Position numbers and translations under genes: made by a program
From: Geobacter sp.
Lineage (GTDB): Bacteria; Desulfobacterota; Desulfuromonadia; Geobacterales; Pseudopelobacteraceae
Direction of reading: 5' to 3'
Length of the DNA: 64,000 bases
Assembly (NCBI GenBank): GCA_025360785.1
Contig: JANYBN010000099.1
Coordinates: 6,664-70,663, forward strand
Shown: piece by piece, positions 1 to 11,732 of the stretch
Layout: every line of letters begins with the position of its first letter
Numbering within the stretch: the stretch's first letter is position 1
The notes under the pieces: model-generated
What the model was told of the DNA's origin: nothing
The model's input: the letters and a program-made list of their open reading frames with translations, nothing else
Databases searched by the model: none

Positions 1-155
1 CGCTCCTCGCCAAACTCGGCCAGCAGGCCGCGAGTCACCTTGAACGAACCCTCGTACAACGCCACATCCTCCCCTAGAACGAACACGGACGGATCGCGGC
101 GCATTTCCTCCTTCAGAGCCAGATTGAGGGCATCCCGATAGGTCATCTCAAACAT
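1..155 (-). CDS. 2-oxoacid (pyruvate/acetoin-type) dehydrogenase E1 beta subunit, N-terminal part; gene runs off the window start
   Basis: My translation of the minus strand from the ATG at 155-153 gives [51 protein letters not shown], a typical E1-beta N-terminus. The start overlaps the stop of the upstream E1-alpha gene (ATGTTTGA). Confidence 0.8.
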   Translation of the reverse strand, partial: MFEMTYRDALNLALKEEMRRDPSVFVLGEDVALYEGSFKVTRGLLAEFGEE

Positions 156-1125
156 AGATATCCTCCCATACGGCACCGTCATCCGGCCAGGGAGACTCTT
201 CCGCAAAGGTCACCGCTTCATCGACGATTGCCCGGCAGCGGGCCTCGATGTCAGCCAGCGCCTCGCGGGTGGCGATACCCTCTTCGATCAGGCCTTTGGC
301 ATAATTCGGCAACGGGTCGCGGGCCCTCCACATTTCGTTCTCCGCCGCAGAGCGGTATTTGGCCGGGTCTGCCATGGAGTGCCCACGGAAACGGTAGGTA
401 GTCGCCTCGATAAAGTAAGGGCGACCGGTCTCGCGGACCTTTTCGGCGGCATATTTGACCGCCCGGTAGACGGCGATCACGTCCATACCATCGACCTTTT
501 CAGAGGGGATGTCGTAACCGCAGGTTCGCTTGTGAATGGACGCCAGAGCCGAGGAGCGGTGAACTTCGGTGCCGATGCCGTAGTAATTGTTCTCACAGAT
601 AAACAGTACCGGCAACTGCCAGAGCTGGGCCCAGTTGAGGGATTCGTGGAAGGTACCCTGGTTGACGGCACCATCGCCAAAAAAACAGGCGGAAATTCGG
701 TCCTCGCCACGATAACGCGCGGCAAAGGCCAGGCCGACCGAGATCGGGAACTGTCCCCCGACGATGGCATATCCTCCCATGAAGTTCAATTTTGGATCGA
801 ACAGGTGCATGGAGCCGCCTTTGCCTTTGCAGACGCCGGTAGCCTTGCCGAAAAGTTCTGCCATGACCCGCTTTGGATCAACGCCGCGAACAATAGCCTG
901 AGCATGCTCACGGTAGGCGGAGAGGATGTAATCATCCCGATGCAATCCTGCGGTAGCTCCGACAGCAACAGCCTCCTGGCCGCTGTAGAGGTGCAGGAAT
1001 CCGGTAATGTGCCCTTTGGTATACTGTTCAGCGCATCGCTCCTCAAATTCCCTTGAAACGAACATTTGTTCGTAAAATCTGATCAGCTCCTGATCCGGCA
1101 ATACGTTGCGCAACCTGGCTTCCAT
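148..1125 (-). CDS. 2-oxoacid dehydrogenase E1 alpha subunit (TPP-dependent)
   Basis: ORF track 148..1149. E1-alpha motifs [20 protein letters not shown] and RGHSMADP are present. I prefer the internal ATG at 1125 (MEARLRN...) because GGAGGA lies about 6 nt upstream. Confidence 0.85.
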   Translation of the reverse strand: MEARLRNVLPDQELIRFYEQMFVSREFEERCAEQYTKGHITGFLHLYSGQEAVAVGATAGLHRDDYILSAYREHAQAIVRGVDPKRVMAELFGKATGVCKGKGGSMHLFDPKLNFMGGYAIVGGQFPISVGLAFAARYRGEDRISACFFGDGAVNQGTFHESLNWAQLWQLPVLFICENNYYGIGTEVHRSSALASIHKRTCGYDIPSEKVDGMDVIAVYRAVKYAAEKVRETGRPYFIEATTYRFRGHSMADPAKYRSAAENEMWRARDPLPNYAKGLIEEGIATREALADIEARCRAIVDEAVTFAEESPWPDDGAVWEDIYV

Positions 1126-1220
1126 TGCTATCCTCCGAGTCATCACCACTGAATCATTGCATCCGGGATCATCAAATCAGTATTTGCAGGTAGTATGAAC
1201 ATAATGAACATTTGGGGGAA

Positions 1221-1658
1221 TTACAGGTGACGGCGTACCCAGGCGACTATCGCTTCACTGCTCTGGGCGCCGGATAGCCGGTCGATAATCTTCCCATGCT
1301 TCAACAAAAACAGCACCGGAATGCTGCTTACGCCGAAACGTCCCGCAAGCACCGGATTTTCCTGGGTGTTGACCTGTATAACGGCTGCTTTGCCAGCCAG
1401 CATTTCGGCTGCCTTCCGCACTGCGGGGTCGAATGCCCTGCAGTGCGGACACCATGGCGCCCAGAACTCGGCCAGCACCGGACCGTTGTAGGCATTGATA
1501 AAGGAGTCGAAGGTCCGTTCCGTAAGTTGCTGCGGCCGGTAGTACATCAGCGGCAGATTTTTGTGGCAGTTGCCGCACCGACCGCTTTTGCCTTCTTTGT
1601 CAGCCTGGACCCTGTTAGCCGTACCACAGAAGCTGCAGGTGACAACATATGTTGACAT
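1221..1658 (-). CDS. trxC: thioredoxin with N-terminal zinc-finger (thioredoxin-2 type)
   Basis: WCPHC active site plus an N-terminal CSFC...CGNC pair. GGGAG RBS upstream of the ATG. Confidence 0.8.
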   Translation of the reverse strand: MSTYVVTCSFCGTANRVQADKEGKSGRCGNCHKNLPLMYYRPQQLTERTFDSFINAYNGPVLAEFWAPWCPHCRAFDPAVRKAAEMLAGKAAVIQVNTQENPVLAGRFGVSSIPVLFLLKHGKIIDRLSGAQSSEAIVAWVRRHL

Positions 1659-1704
1659 GCCACACTCCCTCGCATCACAGGAAAGCTAAACACCCCCGAT
1701 TCAG

Positions 1705-2184
1705 TTACAGCACCGCAATATTCAGGGTTGATTCCCATAAGCCGTGAAGGTTACAGCGCTGCGTTGCAGCCAGTGTTATCATACCGTTAGAGGCAACATC
1801 CTTTGGAATCGTAACGGCAAAAGTAACCTTCGGCTTCATGAAGCCTCTGGGCTGAAACTCTGCCCTGCCTAACGGCTCGTTTCCGATAGCAAGTTCGATG
1901 TACTCAATCCAGTGGGCCGGCCCCATGTCATGAATCTTCTCGCCGACAGAGACCTCGACCATGAACATTTCTCCGGCTTTGACTGATGCGGGAGCCGAAA
2001 TTACCGGGGCGTGCGACATTTCCAGTGGAGATTTTTTTCCGGGAATTTTGGTCCGGTTGATAGCGTCGAACAGGGATTGATCTACCTTGGCAGGAAAATA
2101 ACGCTCTGCTGCCGTAGCAGCGCTGCTGACCCCGGCGGCCATGGCGCCGATAACTGTTGTTGTCAGGAATGTTCGTCTGTCCAT
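1705..2184 (-). CDS. Tat-signal superoxide reductase-like protein (neelaredoxin/desulfoferrodoxin iron-centre domain)
   Basis: N-terminal MDRRTFLTT...AATA twin-arginine signal. His-rich HAPVI / HDMGPAHW and CNLHGLW motifs match the SOR Fe(His)4Cys site. AGGAGGAG RBS. Confidence 0.7.
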   Translation of the reverse strand: MDRRTFLTTTVIGAMAAGVSSAATAAERYFPAKVDQSLFDAINRTKIPGKKSPLEMSHAPVISAPASVKAGEMFMVEVSVGEKIHDMGPAHWIEYIELAIGNEPLGRAEFQPRGFMKPKVTFAVTIPKDVASNGMITLAATQRCNLHGLWESTLNIAVL

Positions 2185-2227
2185 GTGTATCTCCTCCTGA
2201 AAATATTGCTGTTGATAATCACCTGAA

Positions 2228-2806
2228 TCAAATCAGTCTGGACTCGACCGCTGCCCAATCGATGTTGGCAAAAAAGGTATCGATATATACAGCGCGTTTC
2301 AGTCCGTAATCCAGCATGAAGGCGTGCTCGAATACGTCCATAATCAACAGCGGAGTACATCCTGCCGGATGCCCGGCATCATGCTCATTGATCCAGAAAT
2401 TCATCAGACGTCCGTTTGTCTTGTCCTGGCAAAGCACGACCCAACCGATACCTCGCATGGCTCCAGCGGCCTTGAAATCAGTTTCCCACGCTTCTCTGCT
2501 GCCGAACGCGTCAGACAGCATGTCCGAAAGCTTGCCACCCGTGCCTGGAAAGCCTTTACCGCCGAGATTACCAAAATAAAGTTCATGCAGGCGCATACCG
2601 TTAAATTCCCACCCCAGACGACGCTTCATCTCGGCGAATTCGGGTCGGGAAAAGGTATTTTCTTTCAGCATATAATCCAGTGATTCAAGCAACTTATTAG
2701 TGTTGGCAACATATCCCTGATATAAAGTAAAATGGTTCAGAAGCAGAGTTTCGCTAAAAATCTTCAACTCCAGCAGCTTGGAAAAATCCTGGGCAATATA
2801 GGTCAT
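2228..2806 (-). CDS. Fe/Mn-family superoxide dismutase
   Basis: 192 aa. The C-terminal DVFEHAFMLDYG matches the Fe/Mn SOD signature (D-x-W-E-H-A-Y-Y-L). AAGGAGG RBS. Confidence 0.85.
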   Translation of the reverse strand: MTYIAQDFSKLLELKIFSETLLLNHFTLYQGYVANTNKLLESLDYMLKENTFSRPEFAEMKRRLGWEFNGMRLHELYFGNLGGKGFPGTGGKLSDMLSDAFGSREAWETDFKAAGAMRGIGWVVLCQDKTNGRLMNFWINEHDAGHPAGCTPLLIMDVFEHAFMLDYGLKRAVYIDTFFANIDWAAVESRLI

Positions 2807-2839
2807 TGCAGAGTCCTCCTTGGATGTTTTAGTGTCAGC

Positions 2840-3307
2840 TCAGTCAATTTGTTCAACCAGATAGTTTTGCACACCCATCTGGGTTATCTGATCCATCTGT
2901 GCCTCGATCAGGTCGATATGTTCCTCTTCTTCTTTCAGAATAGACTCAAATAGTTCACGACTGCCGTTGTCACCGACTTCAACGGCCAGGCGGATGCTTT
3001 CGTTGTAACCCCGAATTGCACCGACTTCTGAAGCATGATCGTTTGTGTGCATCTTCGGGACTTCGCTGCCAATATGAATCTTGTTAAGCTCACTGACAAT
3101 CGGAATTCCCTCCAGAAACAGGATGCGGGCGATCAGCTTCTCGGCATGCTTCATTTCCTGAACGGAGCGTTTGAAAATCATCTCGTTGAGACGTTTGTAG
3201 CCCCAGTTTTCACACATTTCGGCATGGACCATGTACTGGTTGGTCGCTGTCAGTTCCTCAGCCAACCGCATATTCAGGTGTTTGATAATCTGCTCGTTTC
3301 CTTTCAT
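2840..3307 (-). CDS. bfr: bacterioferritin
   Basis: 155 aa. MKGNEQIIKHLN...ELTATNQYMVHAEM...EEEHIDLIE is the typical ferritin-like di-iron and haem-Met bacterioferritin layout. Confidence 0.9.
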   Translation of the reverse strand: MKGNEQIIKHLNMRLAEELTATNQYMVHAEMCENWGYKRLNEMIFKRSVQEMKHAEKLIARILFLEGIPIVSELNKIHIGSEVPKMHTNDHASEVGAIRGYNESIRLAVEVGDNGSRELFESILKEEEEHIDLIEAQMDQITQMGVQNYLVEQID

Positions 3308-3345
3308 GTGCCCCCCCTTTGAAAGTCCATTACGATTTGGTCAAG

Positions 3346-3537
3346 CTATTTCCAGTGAATACAGGTTACAGGACACATATCAATTGCCTGAAGCTGTATT
3401 TCCTCTTCTGTGTCTCCGTTCGGATCAAAACAGGCTGCTTTGCCGTTGGCGGTGAAATGAAATACGTCCGGGAGATTGTTGACGCATATTCCACATCCGA
3501 TACACATTTCCTGGTCAACAAAAGGCTCTTTCTCCAT
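3346..3537 (-). CDS. small single-cluster [4Fe-4S]/[3Fe-4S] ferredoxin
   Basis: CIGCGIC...CP cluster motif. I chose the internal ATG at 3537 (MEKEPFVDQ...) because AGGAG lies about 7 nt upstream. It sits immediately upstream of bfr on the same strand. Confidence 0.7.
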   Translation of the reverse strand: MEKEPFVDQEMCIGCGICVNNLPDVFHFTANGKAACFDPNGDTEEEIQLQAIDMCPVTCIHWK

Positions 3538-3937
3538 GTGCGTATCTCCTTGTAAATTCCGGTTTATCTGTTTTTGATAATCACGATTTGTGCCACAATC
3601 AATAAAGCGATTTATCAATGTGTTATGAATAATTCCAACAATATACCAGTGTAAAAGTTATGTTCAGTTTGTGTTGGTAAGATGATTTGAACGCATGCCT
3701 GGCGGGAATCGGCGACGCTTGTTAATAAAGTTCATCCTGTTAATATCAGAGAAGCTCCCGGCGGCAAAATGTTAGAGCGCTGAAGCACCTCCGATATGAT
3801 TTTAGCCTTGCCATCTTTTGAAGATTCGTGATATAAAACCCCGCTATTCAATTCACACGCCTCGGTAGATCCGGTGGTGTCCCTATTTAGATGTCGGGGA
3901 TTCGACGGGGCGGAGGAAAAAACCAAAGGAGAAACGT

Positions 3938-4699
3938 ATGTCAAGTATCAGCATGAAGGAACTGCTCGAAGCCGGTGTCCATTTCGGTCACCAGACAAAA
4001 CGCTGGAACCCCAAGATGAAGCCCTACATTTTTGGGGCACGTAACGGCATCTACATTATCGATCTGCAGAAAACCGTCCGCTACTTCAAAACCGCCTACA
4101 GCTTTGTCAAAGAATCCGCTCAGGACGGCTGCACAGTTCTGTTTGTCGGCACTAAAAAGCAGGCTCAGGATTCAGTAGCCGATGAGGCCACTCGCTGTGG
4201 CATGCATTACGTCAACCAGCGCTGGCTGGGCGGCATGCTGACCAACTTTGCCACGGTAAAGCAGAGTATCGACCGTCTCAAAAAAATCGACGCTATGTTT
4301 GAAGATGGCACCATTGATGCCTATACAAAAAAAGAAGCACTGCAGTTTACTCGCGACCGCGAAAAGCTGCAAAAGACTCTGGGCGGAATCAAAACGATGA
4401 ACAAGCTCCCGGGCGTCATGTTCGTAATCGATCCAAAAAACGAAGAAATTGCCATCCAGGAAGCCAACAAACTCGGCATTCCAGTTGTAGCAGTAGTCGA
4501 TACCAACTGCGACCCTGACCCGATTGATTATGTCATTCCGGGCAATGATGATGCTATCCGTGCTATCCGTCTGCTATCCGCTAAAATGGCCGATGCGATT
4601 ATAGAAGGAATTCAGGCACGTAAAGCAGCCCTGCAGAAAGATACCGAAGGTGCGGAATACGCTCCTGAAGAAGTAGCTGCAGAAGTGGCTGGCGAATAA
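3938..4699 (+). CDS. rpsB: 30S ribosomal protein S2
   Basis: [27 protein letters not shown] is the canonical S2 N-terminus. AAAGGAG RBS. Confidence 0.97.
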   Translation: MSSISMKELLEAGVHFGHQTKRWNPKMKPYIFGARNGIYIIDLQKTVRYFKTAYSFVKESAQDGCTVLFVGTKKQAQDSVADEATRCGMHYVNQRWLGGMLTNFATVKQSIDRLKKIDAMFEDGTIDAYTKKEALQFTRDREKLQKTLGGIKTMNKLPGVMFVIDPKNEEIAIQEANKLGIPVVAVVDTNCDPDPIDYVIPGNDDAIRAIRLLSAKMADAIIEGIQARKAALQKDTEGAEYAPEEVAAEVAGE

Positions 4700-4748
4700 A
4701 TATTCATTACAAACAATTCCTGTTTAGTAACAGGATAGGAGGATAGAA

Positions 4749-6519
<1,771 letters not shown>

Positions 6520-6520
6520 C

Positions 6521-7078
6521 ATGCCAAAGAACGTGCTTGATGACATGAAGATTCATATGGAAAAAACTCTTGGGGTCCTGAAAAACGAATTCCAGAAGAT
6601 TAGAACCGGTCGGGCCACAACCGGCATTCTGGATTCCATAACCGTAGATTATTACGGCAACACCTCCTCGCTGAGCCAGGTGGCAACCCTGGCGGTTCCA
6701 GAGGCGCGTACCATTACCATTACCCCATGGGAAGCCAAAATCATACCGACTATCGAGAAGGCCATCATGAACGCCAACATTGGCCTGACCCCATCCAATG
6801 ACGGCAAATCCATTCGGCTGAATCTTCCTCCTCTGACTGAAGAGCGCCGCAAGGAAATCGTAAAAGGACTCAAAAAGAGGGCTGAAGAAGACAAAATAGC
6901 CATCAGGAATATTCGCCGTGATGCGATTGACAAGCTGAAAAAGCTTGAAAAAGAAAAAGCCATTACTGAAGATGAACTAAAAAGATGTGAAAAAGAGGTT
7001 CAGGACGTTACCAAAAGTTTTGAAATGAAGATGGATGAGGTGGTTGCACATAAAGAGAAAGAGGTACTGGAAGTCTGA
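6521..7078 (+). CDS. frr: ribosome recycling factor
   Basis: 185 aa from the ATG at 6521 (GGAGAG RBS). TGRATTGILD..V.YYG motif. Confidence 0.93.
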   Translation: MPKNVLDDMKIHMEKTLGVLKNEFQKIRTGRATTGILDSITVDYYGNTSSLSQVATLAVPEARTITITPWEAKIIPTIEKAIMNANIGLTPSNDGKSIRLNLPPLTEERRKEIVKGLKKRAEEDKIAIRNIRRDAIDKLKKLEKEKAITEDELKRCEKEVQDVTKSFEMKMDEVVAHKEKEVLEV

Positions 7079-7833
7079 TGACGCCTCTTGATCCGCTAAA
7101 ACTTCCTGTGCATCTGGCAGTCATCATGGACGGCAACGGTCGATGGGCTCAGCAGCGCATGCTCAAGCGCATTATCGGGCATCAGCGCGGCGCTGAAACT
7201 GTAAAAATGGTTGTTGAACAGGCGTCCTTGCTCGGTATCAAATACCTGACTCTGTTTGCATTCTCCACGGAAAACTGGTCGCGGCCGACATTGGAAGTGC
7301 GGGCATTGATGACACTGCTCAAAAAATATATCCATCAGGAAACCGCGCGCATGATGCGCAAAAATATTCGCTACAATGTAATCGGCAATCGCTGTGAGCT
7401 TCCGGATGATGTCAACGAAACCCTGGATGAGGCCATTTGCAAGACCGCCAATAACACCGGAATGGTCTTGACTCTGGCCCTCTCTTACGGCGGACGCCAG
7501 GAATTATGCCGCGCCGCTGCCCGCTTGGCACAGGATGCCGTAGCAGGCAAAATATCAACCAGCGACATCACCACCGGACTTTTTGACAGCTATCTGGATA
7601 CCGGCGGTCTGCCTGATCCGGACTTCTTGATCCGCACCAGTGGTGAGATGCGTATCAGTAACTTTCTTCTCTGGCAGCTTGCCTATACCGAACTTTATTT
7701 CACTGATACCAACTGGCCCGACTTCACCATCAATGAACTTCACAAGGCTTTGGCCGACTTCCAGTCACGTGAGCGGCGTTTTGGGATGACCGGTGACCAG
7801 ATCACACAAAGGGGCGATCTATCAAACGCTTGA
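7078..7833 (+). CDS. uppS: di-trans,poly-cis-undecaprenyl-diphosphate synthase
   Basis: HLAVIMDGNGRWA and IRTSGEMRISNFLLWQ motifs. The start overlaps the frr stop (TGATG). Confidence 0.93.
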   Translation: MTPLDPLKLPVHLAVIMDGNGRWAQQRMLKRIIGHQRGAETVKMVVEQASLLGIKYLTLFAFSTENWSRPTLEVRALMTLLKKYIHQETARMMRKNIRYNVIGNRCELPDDVNETLDEAICKTANNTGMVLTLALSYGGRQELCRAAARLAQDAVAGKISTSDITTGLFDSYLDTGGLPDPDFLIRTSGEMRISNFLLWQLAYTELYFTDTNWPDFTINELHKALADFQSRERRFGMTGDQITQRGDLSNA

Positions 7834-8615
7834 TTTCAGCGTTCATCCTGCTGCCAATCATTATCCTGATTGTCCTGAAGGGTGGTACGCTTACCCTCGC
7901 CTGCCTGCTGGCGCTGCTTTCTGCAATCGGAATTGCCGAATTCTATCGCATGGCTCTGCCGGAACGAAAGCTGGAACTACGACTGGCTGCCCTGTCCGGA
8001 TCGGCACTGATCTTTATACCTTTCGCAAGCGACAACAAACTCCTGATTCCAGGTATCGGGCTTCTTTTTATCGGGTTTTCACTGTTGTTCCTGTTCCGGA
8101 TCCGAACCATTAATAATGCTGCTCACGAAGTGGCCTTCGCTCTGCTTGCGTTCCTCTACATACCATTCCTGTTGATGCACCTCATACTGCTGCGCCAGAC
8201 CACCTTCGGCATTCAGTGGCTCTTTGTGATCATGCTGATCGTCATGACCAATGACTCGGCAGCTTATTACACCGGCAGTGCTTTCGGCAAACACCGTCTG
8301 TACCCGCTGGTCAGCCCCAAGAAAAGCATTGAAGGCGCTGTCGGCGGCCTGATCGGCAGTCTCTGCGGCACTCTGCTGGCTAAATACACATTTTTTCCAC
8401 AGCTAATGTTGATTGATGTTGTTGTGACTGCCTTAGTTGTCGGTATAGTCGGTCAGGCAGGAGATTTGTTCGAATCTCTGCTGAAGCGCAGTTTCGGAGT
8501 CAAAGATTCCGGGACTATTATTCCGGGTCATGGCGGTGTGCTTGACCGTCTGGACAGCATCCTGTTTGCCGCCCCGATCACCTACTATTATGTTCTTTTC
8601 TTTTTCAGAGGCTGA
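7830..8615 (+). CDS. cdsA: phosphatidate cytidylyltransferase
   Basis: Polytopic protein carrying the SLLKRSFGVKDSGTIIPGHGGVLDRLDS signature. Confidence 0.9.
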   Translation: MISAFILLPIIILIVLKGGTLTLACLLALLSAIGIAEFYRMALPERKLELRLAALSGSALIFIPFASDNKLLIPGIGLLFIGFSLLFLFRIRTINNAAHEVAFALLAFLYIPFLLMHLILLRQTTFGIQWLFVIMLIVMTNDSAAYYTGSAFGKHRLYPLVSPKKSIEGAVGGLIGSLCGTLLAKYTFFPQLMLIDVVVTALVVGIVGQAGDLFESLLKRSFGVKDSGTIIPGHGGVLDRLDSILFAAPITYYYVLFFFRG

Positions 8616-8618
8616 CCT

Positions 8619-9779
8619 ATGAAAAACATCACCATCCTCGGCTCAACCGGTTCAATCGGAGTCAGTACACTCGATATTATCGGCGCCCACCCCGACCGTT
8701 TCCGGATTGTGGCCCTGACTGCCGGGAAGAATCTTGAGCTGTTTGTACGGCAGATCAAACAATTTGCGCCACGGATTGCAGTCGTTGCCTCACCTGCCGA
8801 TGTTCCCCGTCTCAAGGAGCTTTGCAGCGGCCTGGACGTCAAAATCCTGGGTGGTGTGGAAGGATTGATAGCTGCTGCCACTGCGGATGAAACAGATATG
8901 GTTGTTGCCGCAATTGTCGGAGCTGCCGGACTCGTCCCGACAGCCGCCGCCATCCGTGCCGGCAAGGACATCGCCCTGGCCAACAAGGAGACCCTGGTTA
9001 CGGCGGGCCATCTTTTCATGGACCTGGTTGCAGAGTTTGGGGTAAAGCTCTTTCCAGTTGACAGTGAACATAGCGCCATCTTTCAGTCGATTGAAGGACA
9101 TCGCAGCGTAGATATTCACAAAATCATCCTGACCGCATCAGGCGGCCCGTTTTTGAACACTCCGGCCACGCAATTGCCGACTGTCACGGTACGGGATGCC
9201 CTCAACCACCCCAACTGGAACATGGGAAAAAAGATCACCATCGATTCGGCAACCATGATGAACAAGGGCCTGGAGGTTATCGAGGCCCGCTGGCTGTTCA
9301 ATACCCCTGTCGAAAAGATAGTGGTTAATATCCACCCTCAGAGCATTGTTCACTCGATGGTCGAATATGTTGACGGCTGCGTAATTGCCCAGTTGGGGAC
9401 TCCGGACATGAAGGCTCCCATTGCTTACGCCCTGAGCCATCCTGAAAGAATTTCAACCGGCGTCAAGCCGCTTGATTTGACATCGTTCACTGGGCTGACC
9501 TTTTCCAACCCGGACTTCCTTAAATTCCGCTGCCTGAAACTTGCCTACCGTGCCATCACAGCAGGGGAAAGTATGCCGGCAGTTATGAATGCAGCCAACG
9601 AAATTGCTGTCGCAGAATTTCTGGAGGGGCGCATCAGCTTTACCCAGATTGCCGACACCATTGAGCGTACTATGGATGCCCACTCCGCTCACAATTTAAA
9701 ATCCATCGAAGAAGTATTGAAGGCCGATCTCTGGGGCAGAGAATCGGCCAGAGAAATCTGCAAGGAAATGGGACACTGA
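8619..9779 (+). CDS. dxr: 1-deoxy-D-xylulose 5-phosphate reductoisomerase
   Basis: [14 protein letters not shown] motif, LANKE and HPNW motifs. Confidence 0.95.
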   Translation: MKNITILGSTGSIGVSTLDIIGAHPDRFRIVALTAGKNLELFVRQIKQFAPRIAVVASPADVPRLKELCSGLDVKILGGVEGLIAAATADETDMVVAAIVGAAGLVPTAAAIRAGKDIALANKETLVTAGHLFMDLVAEFGVKLFPVDSEHSAIFQSIEGHRSVDIHKIILTASGGPFLNTPATQLPTVTVRDALNHPNWNMGKKITIDSATMMNKGLEVIEARWLFNTPVEKIVVNIHPQSIVHSMVEYVDGCVIAQLGTPDMKAPIAYALSHPERISTGVKPLDLTSFTGLTFSNPDFLKFRCLKLAYRAITAGESMPAVMNAANEIAVAEFLEGRISFTQIADTIERTMDAHSAHNLKSIEEVLKADLWGRESAREICKEMGH

Positions 9780-9780
9780 T

Positions 9781-10923
9781 ATGACCGTTGTTTATGCAAT
9801 CATAGTTTTAGGTATCTTGATTTTCATACATGAATTAGGACACTTCCTGCTGGCCAAGCTTATGGGAGTCAGTGTTGAGAAATTTTCTCTCGGTTTCGGC
9901 CCAAAACTGATCGGTAAAAAAATCGGCGAGACGGAATACCTGCTTTCGGCCTTCCCGCTCGGCGGCTATGTAAAGATGTTCGGTGAAGGTGGTTTCATTG
10001 AAGGCGGGGAACAGGATCCACGGCCTGCAGACGAGAATGCTCCGTCATCAGTCACGGCAGAACCGGTACTGCGCGAGCTGACCGAGGAGGAAAAGAGCCG
10101 TTCGTTCGCCCACAAGCCGGTGCTGGCACGAATTGCGATAGTCATGGCCGGTCCGGTTTTCAATCTGCTTTTTGCCTGGCTGATCTTCATTGTACTCTGC
10201 ATGATGGGCGTCCCCACCGTTACTACGAAAATCGGCGAAGCCATCAAGGACAAGCCGGCCGCCAGATCCGGCATGCAAAAGGGTGACGTCATAACCTCCA
10301 TCAACAATAAGCCGATCACACATTGGGATCAAATTGCCGAAGGTGTAGCTGCTAGTAAAGGGAAGCCGCTCACTCTGTCGGTAAAACGTGAAGCCCGGGA
10401 GATATCATTTACGATTACGCCAGAACCACGGATTTCAAAAAATCTGTTCGGCGAGAAAATCAATGGCTATGCTATCGGAGTGGCATCTTCCGGTGAAGTT
10501 GTGACCGAGTATTTCAATCCCTTTCAAGCGGTCATAAAAGGAACCGAGCAGACCTGGAAAGTTATTGATCTGACGTTTATGTCGCTGGTTAAAATGGTGC
10601 AGCGCGTTGTACCTATGGACAGCGTCGGCGGTCCGATCATGATCGCCAAGATGGCCGGAGAGCAGGCTTCTGCCGGCATAGCTCCCTTTCTGGCTTTCAT
10701 GGCGCTGCTTTCGATTAATCTCGGCGTACTCAACCTTCTGCCGGTACCGGTGCTTGATGGCGGACACCTGCTGTTCTATCTCATGGAATTCATCTTCCGT
10801 CGTCCGGTTCCGCAAAAGATCCGTGAATATGCCCAACAGATCGGGATGGTACTGCTGCTAGGCTTGATGGTGCTTGCCTTCTACAATGATATCATCAGGT
10901 ATTTTATCAACCGCCAGGGGTAG
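9781..10923 (+). CDS. rseP: RIP site-2 zinc metalloprotease
   Basis: HELGH zinc motif at the N-terminus, a PDZ-like middle region, and NLLPVPVLDGGH at the C-terminus. Confidence 0.9.
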   Translation: MTVVYAIIVLGILIFIHELGHFLLAKLMGVSVEKFSLGFGPKLIGKKIGETEYLLSAFPLGGYVKMFGEGGFIEGGEQDPRPADENAPSSVTAEPVLRELTEEEKSRSFAHKPVLARIAIVMAGPVFNLLFAWLIFIVLCMMGVPTVTTKIGEAIKDKPAARSGMQKGDVITSINNKPITHWDQIAEGVAASKGKPLTLSVKREAREISFTITPEPRISKNLFGEKINGYAIGVASSGEVVTEYFNPFQAVIKGTEQTWKVIDLTFMSLVKMVQRVVPMDSVGGPIMIAKMAGEQASAGIAPFLAFMALLSINLGVLNLLPVPVLDGGHLLFYLMEFIFRRPVPQKIREYAQQIGMVLLLGLMVLAFYNDIIRYFINRQG

Positions 10924-10925
10924 AG

Positions 10926-11627
10926 ATGAACATCCTCGCCATCGATACTTCAACATCCTTCGCCAGTATCGCCGTCGCAGTTGACGAACAGATCGTTGCT
11001 GAATCTCTGGTGAACACCAACCGCACTCTTTCTGCCCGCCTCGTGCCCGAAATCGAGCGACTCCTGGCAACGGCAGGACTCGCGATATCCGACATCGACC
11101 TTTTCGCCTCTTCCATAGGCCCCGGTTCTTTCACCGGTGTCAGGGGCGGAGTAGCCACAATTCAGGGACTGGCGCTGGCGGTAGGCAGACCATGCGCAGG
11201 ATTTTCCTCGCTTGCGATGCTGGCCATGAATTTTACTCTCACAACCACCCTGATCTGCCCGTTGCTTGATGCCCGTAAAAGTGAGGTGTATGCAGCACTC
11301 TACGACTGTTCCTCTCCCCTCCCCTCCCCGCGCATCTACGATTGTGTTTTACCACCTGCCACACTTCTTGATCAGCTTGCCGATATGACCGGAGAGCGGA
11401 TTATCTTCGTTGGCGACGGCGCCGTGCGCTATCACGATCAGATCGCAGAACGTCTGGGAGACCAGGCGGTTTTCGCCCCGTTCCCTCTCAATTCCCCACA
11501 TTCCGCCAACGGTATCCTGCTGGCAATGCATTCCTTCAGTCGCAATGAATTGCTTGAGCCATCCCAATTGCTGCCGGTCTACCTGCGCGCGTCTGACGCC
11601 GAAATCAATAACTCATCAAAAAAATAA
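10926..11627 (+). CDS. tsaB: tRNA t6A37 threonylcarbamoyl-transfer protein TsaB
   Basis: ILAIDTSTS...GPGSFTGVR motifs of the YeaZ/TsaB family. Confidence 0.85.
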   Translation: MNILAIDTSTSFASIAVAVDEQIVAESLVNTNRTLSARLVPEIERLLATAGLAISDIDLFASSIGPGSFTGVRGGVATIQGLALAVGRPCAGFSSLAMLAMNFTLTTTLICPLLDARKSEVYAALYDCSSPLPSPRIYDCVLPPATLLDQLADMTGERIIFVGDGAVRYHDQIAERLGDQAVFAPFPLNSPHSANGILLAMHSFSRNELLEPSQLLPVYLRASDAEINNSSKK

Positions 11628-11692
11628 TCCTTAAATATGTGTCCTGATTTGGGATTTATGAAATTTGGAAGGATCATACGACTTGCAATGAA

Positions 11693-11732
11693 GGACATCC
11701 TTGGCGTTCCTTATGGAACACCAAGGATGTCC
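11693..11732. terminator. long near-perfect hairpin between convergent tsaB and the 522-aa membrane-protein gene (no U-tract)
   Basis: GGACATCCTTGG-c-GTTCC-ttat-GGAAC-a-CCAAGGATGTCC. The stop codon of the minus-strand gene lies in the loop region. Confidence 0.4.

Noticed and set aside
379-1056. 225-aa plus-strand ORF antisense to the E1-alpha gene, along with other nested ORFs at 477..770 and 786..1046.
   Set aside because: It lies wholly inside a gene with clear family motifs on the other strand. The sequence is low in complexity, has no RBS, and is a typical GC-rich antisense open frame.
3570-3588. Fur/PerR-box-like sequence (gtttttGATAATCAcgatt) upstream of the ferredoxin-bfr genes.
   Set aside because: Only about 13 of 19 positions match the Fur consensus (the central GATAATCA is perfect, the flanks are poor). 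That is too weak to call without a position weight matrix, though it may be worth scoring computationally.
3732-3944. 70-aa minus-strand ORF in the rpsB upstream region.
   Set aside because: It overlaps the rpsB RBS and start, has no RBS of its own, and shows no recognisable motif. It is more likely promoter or leader DNA.
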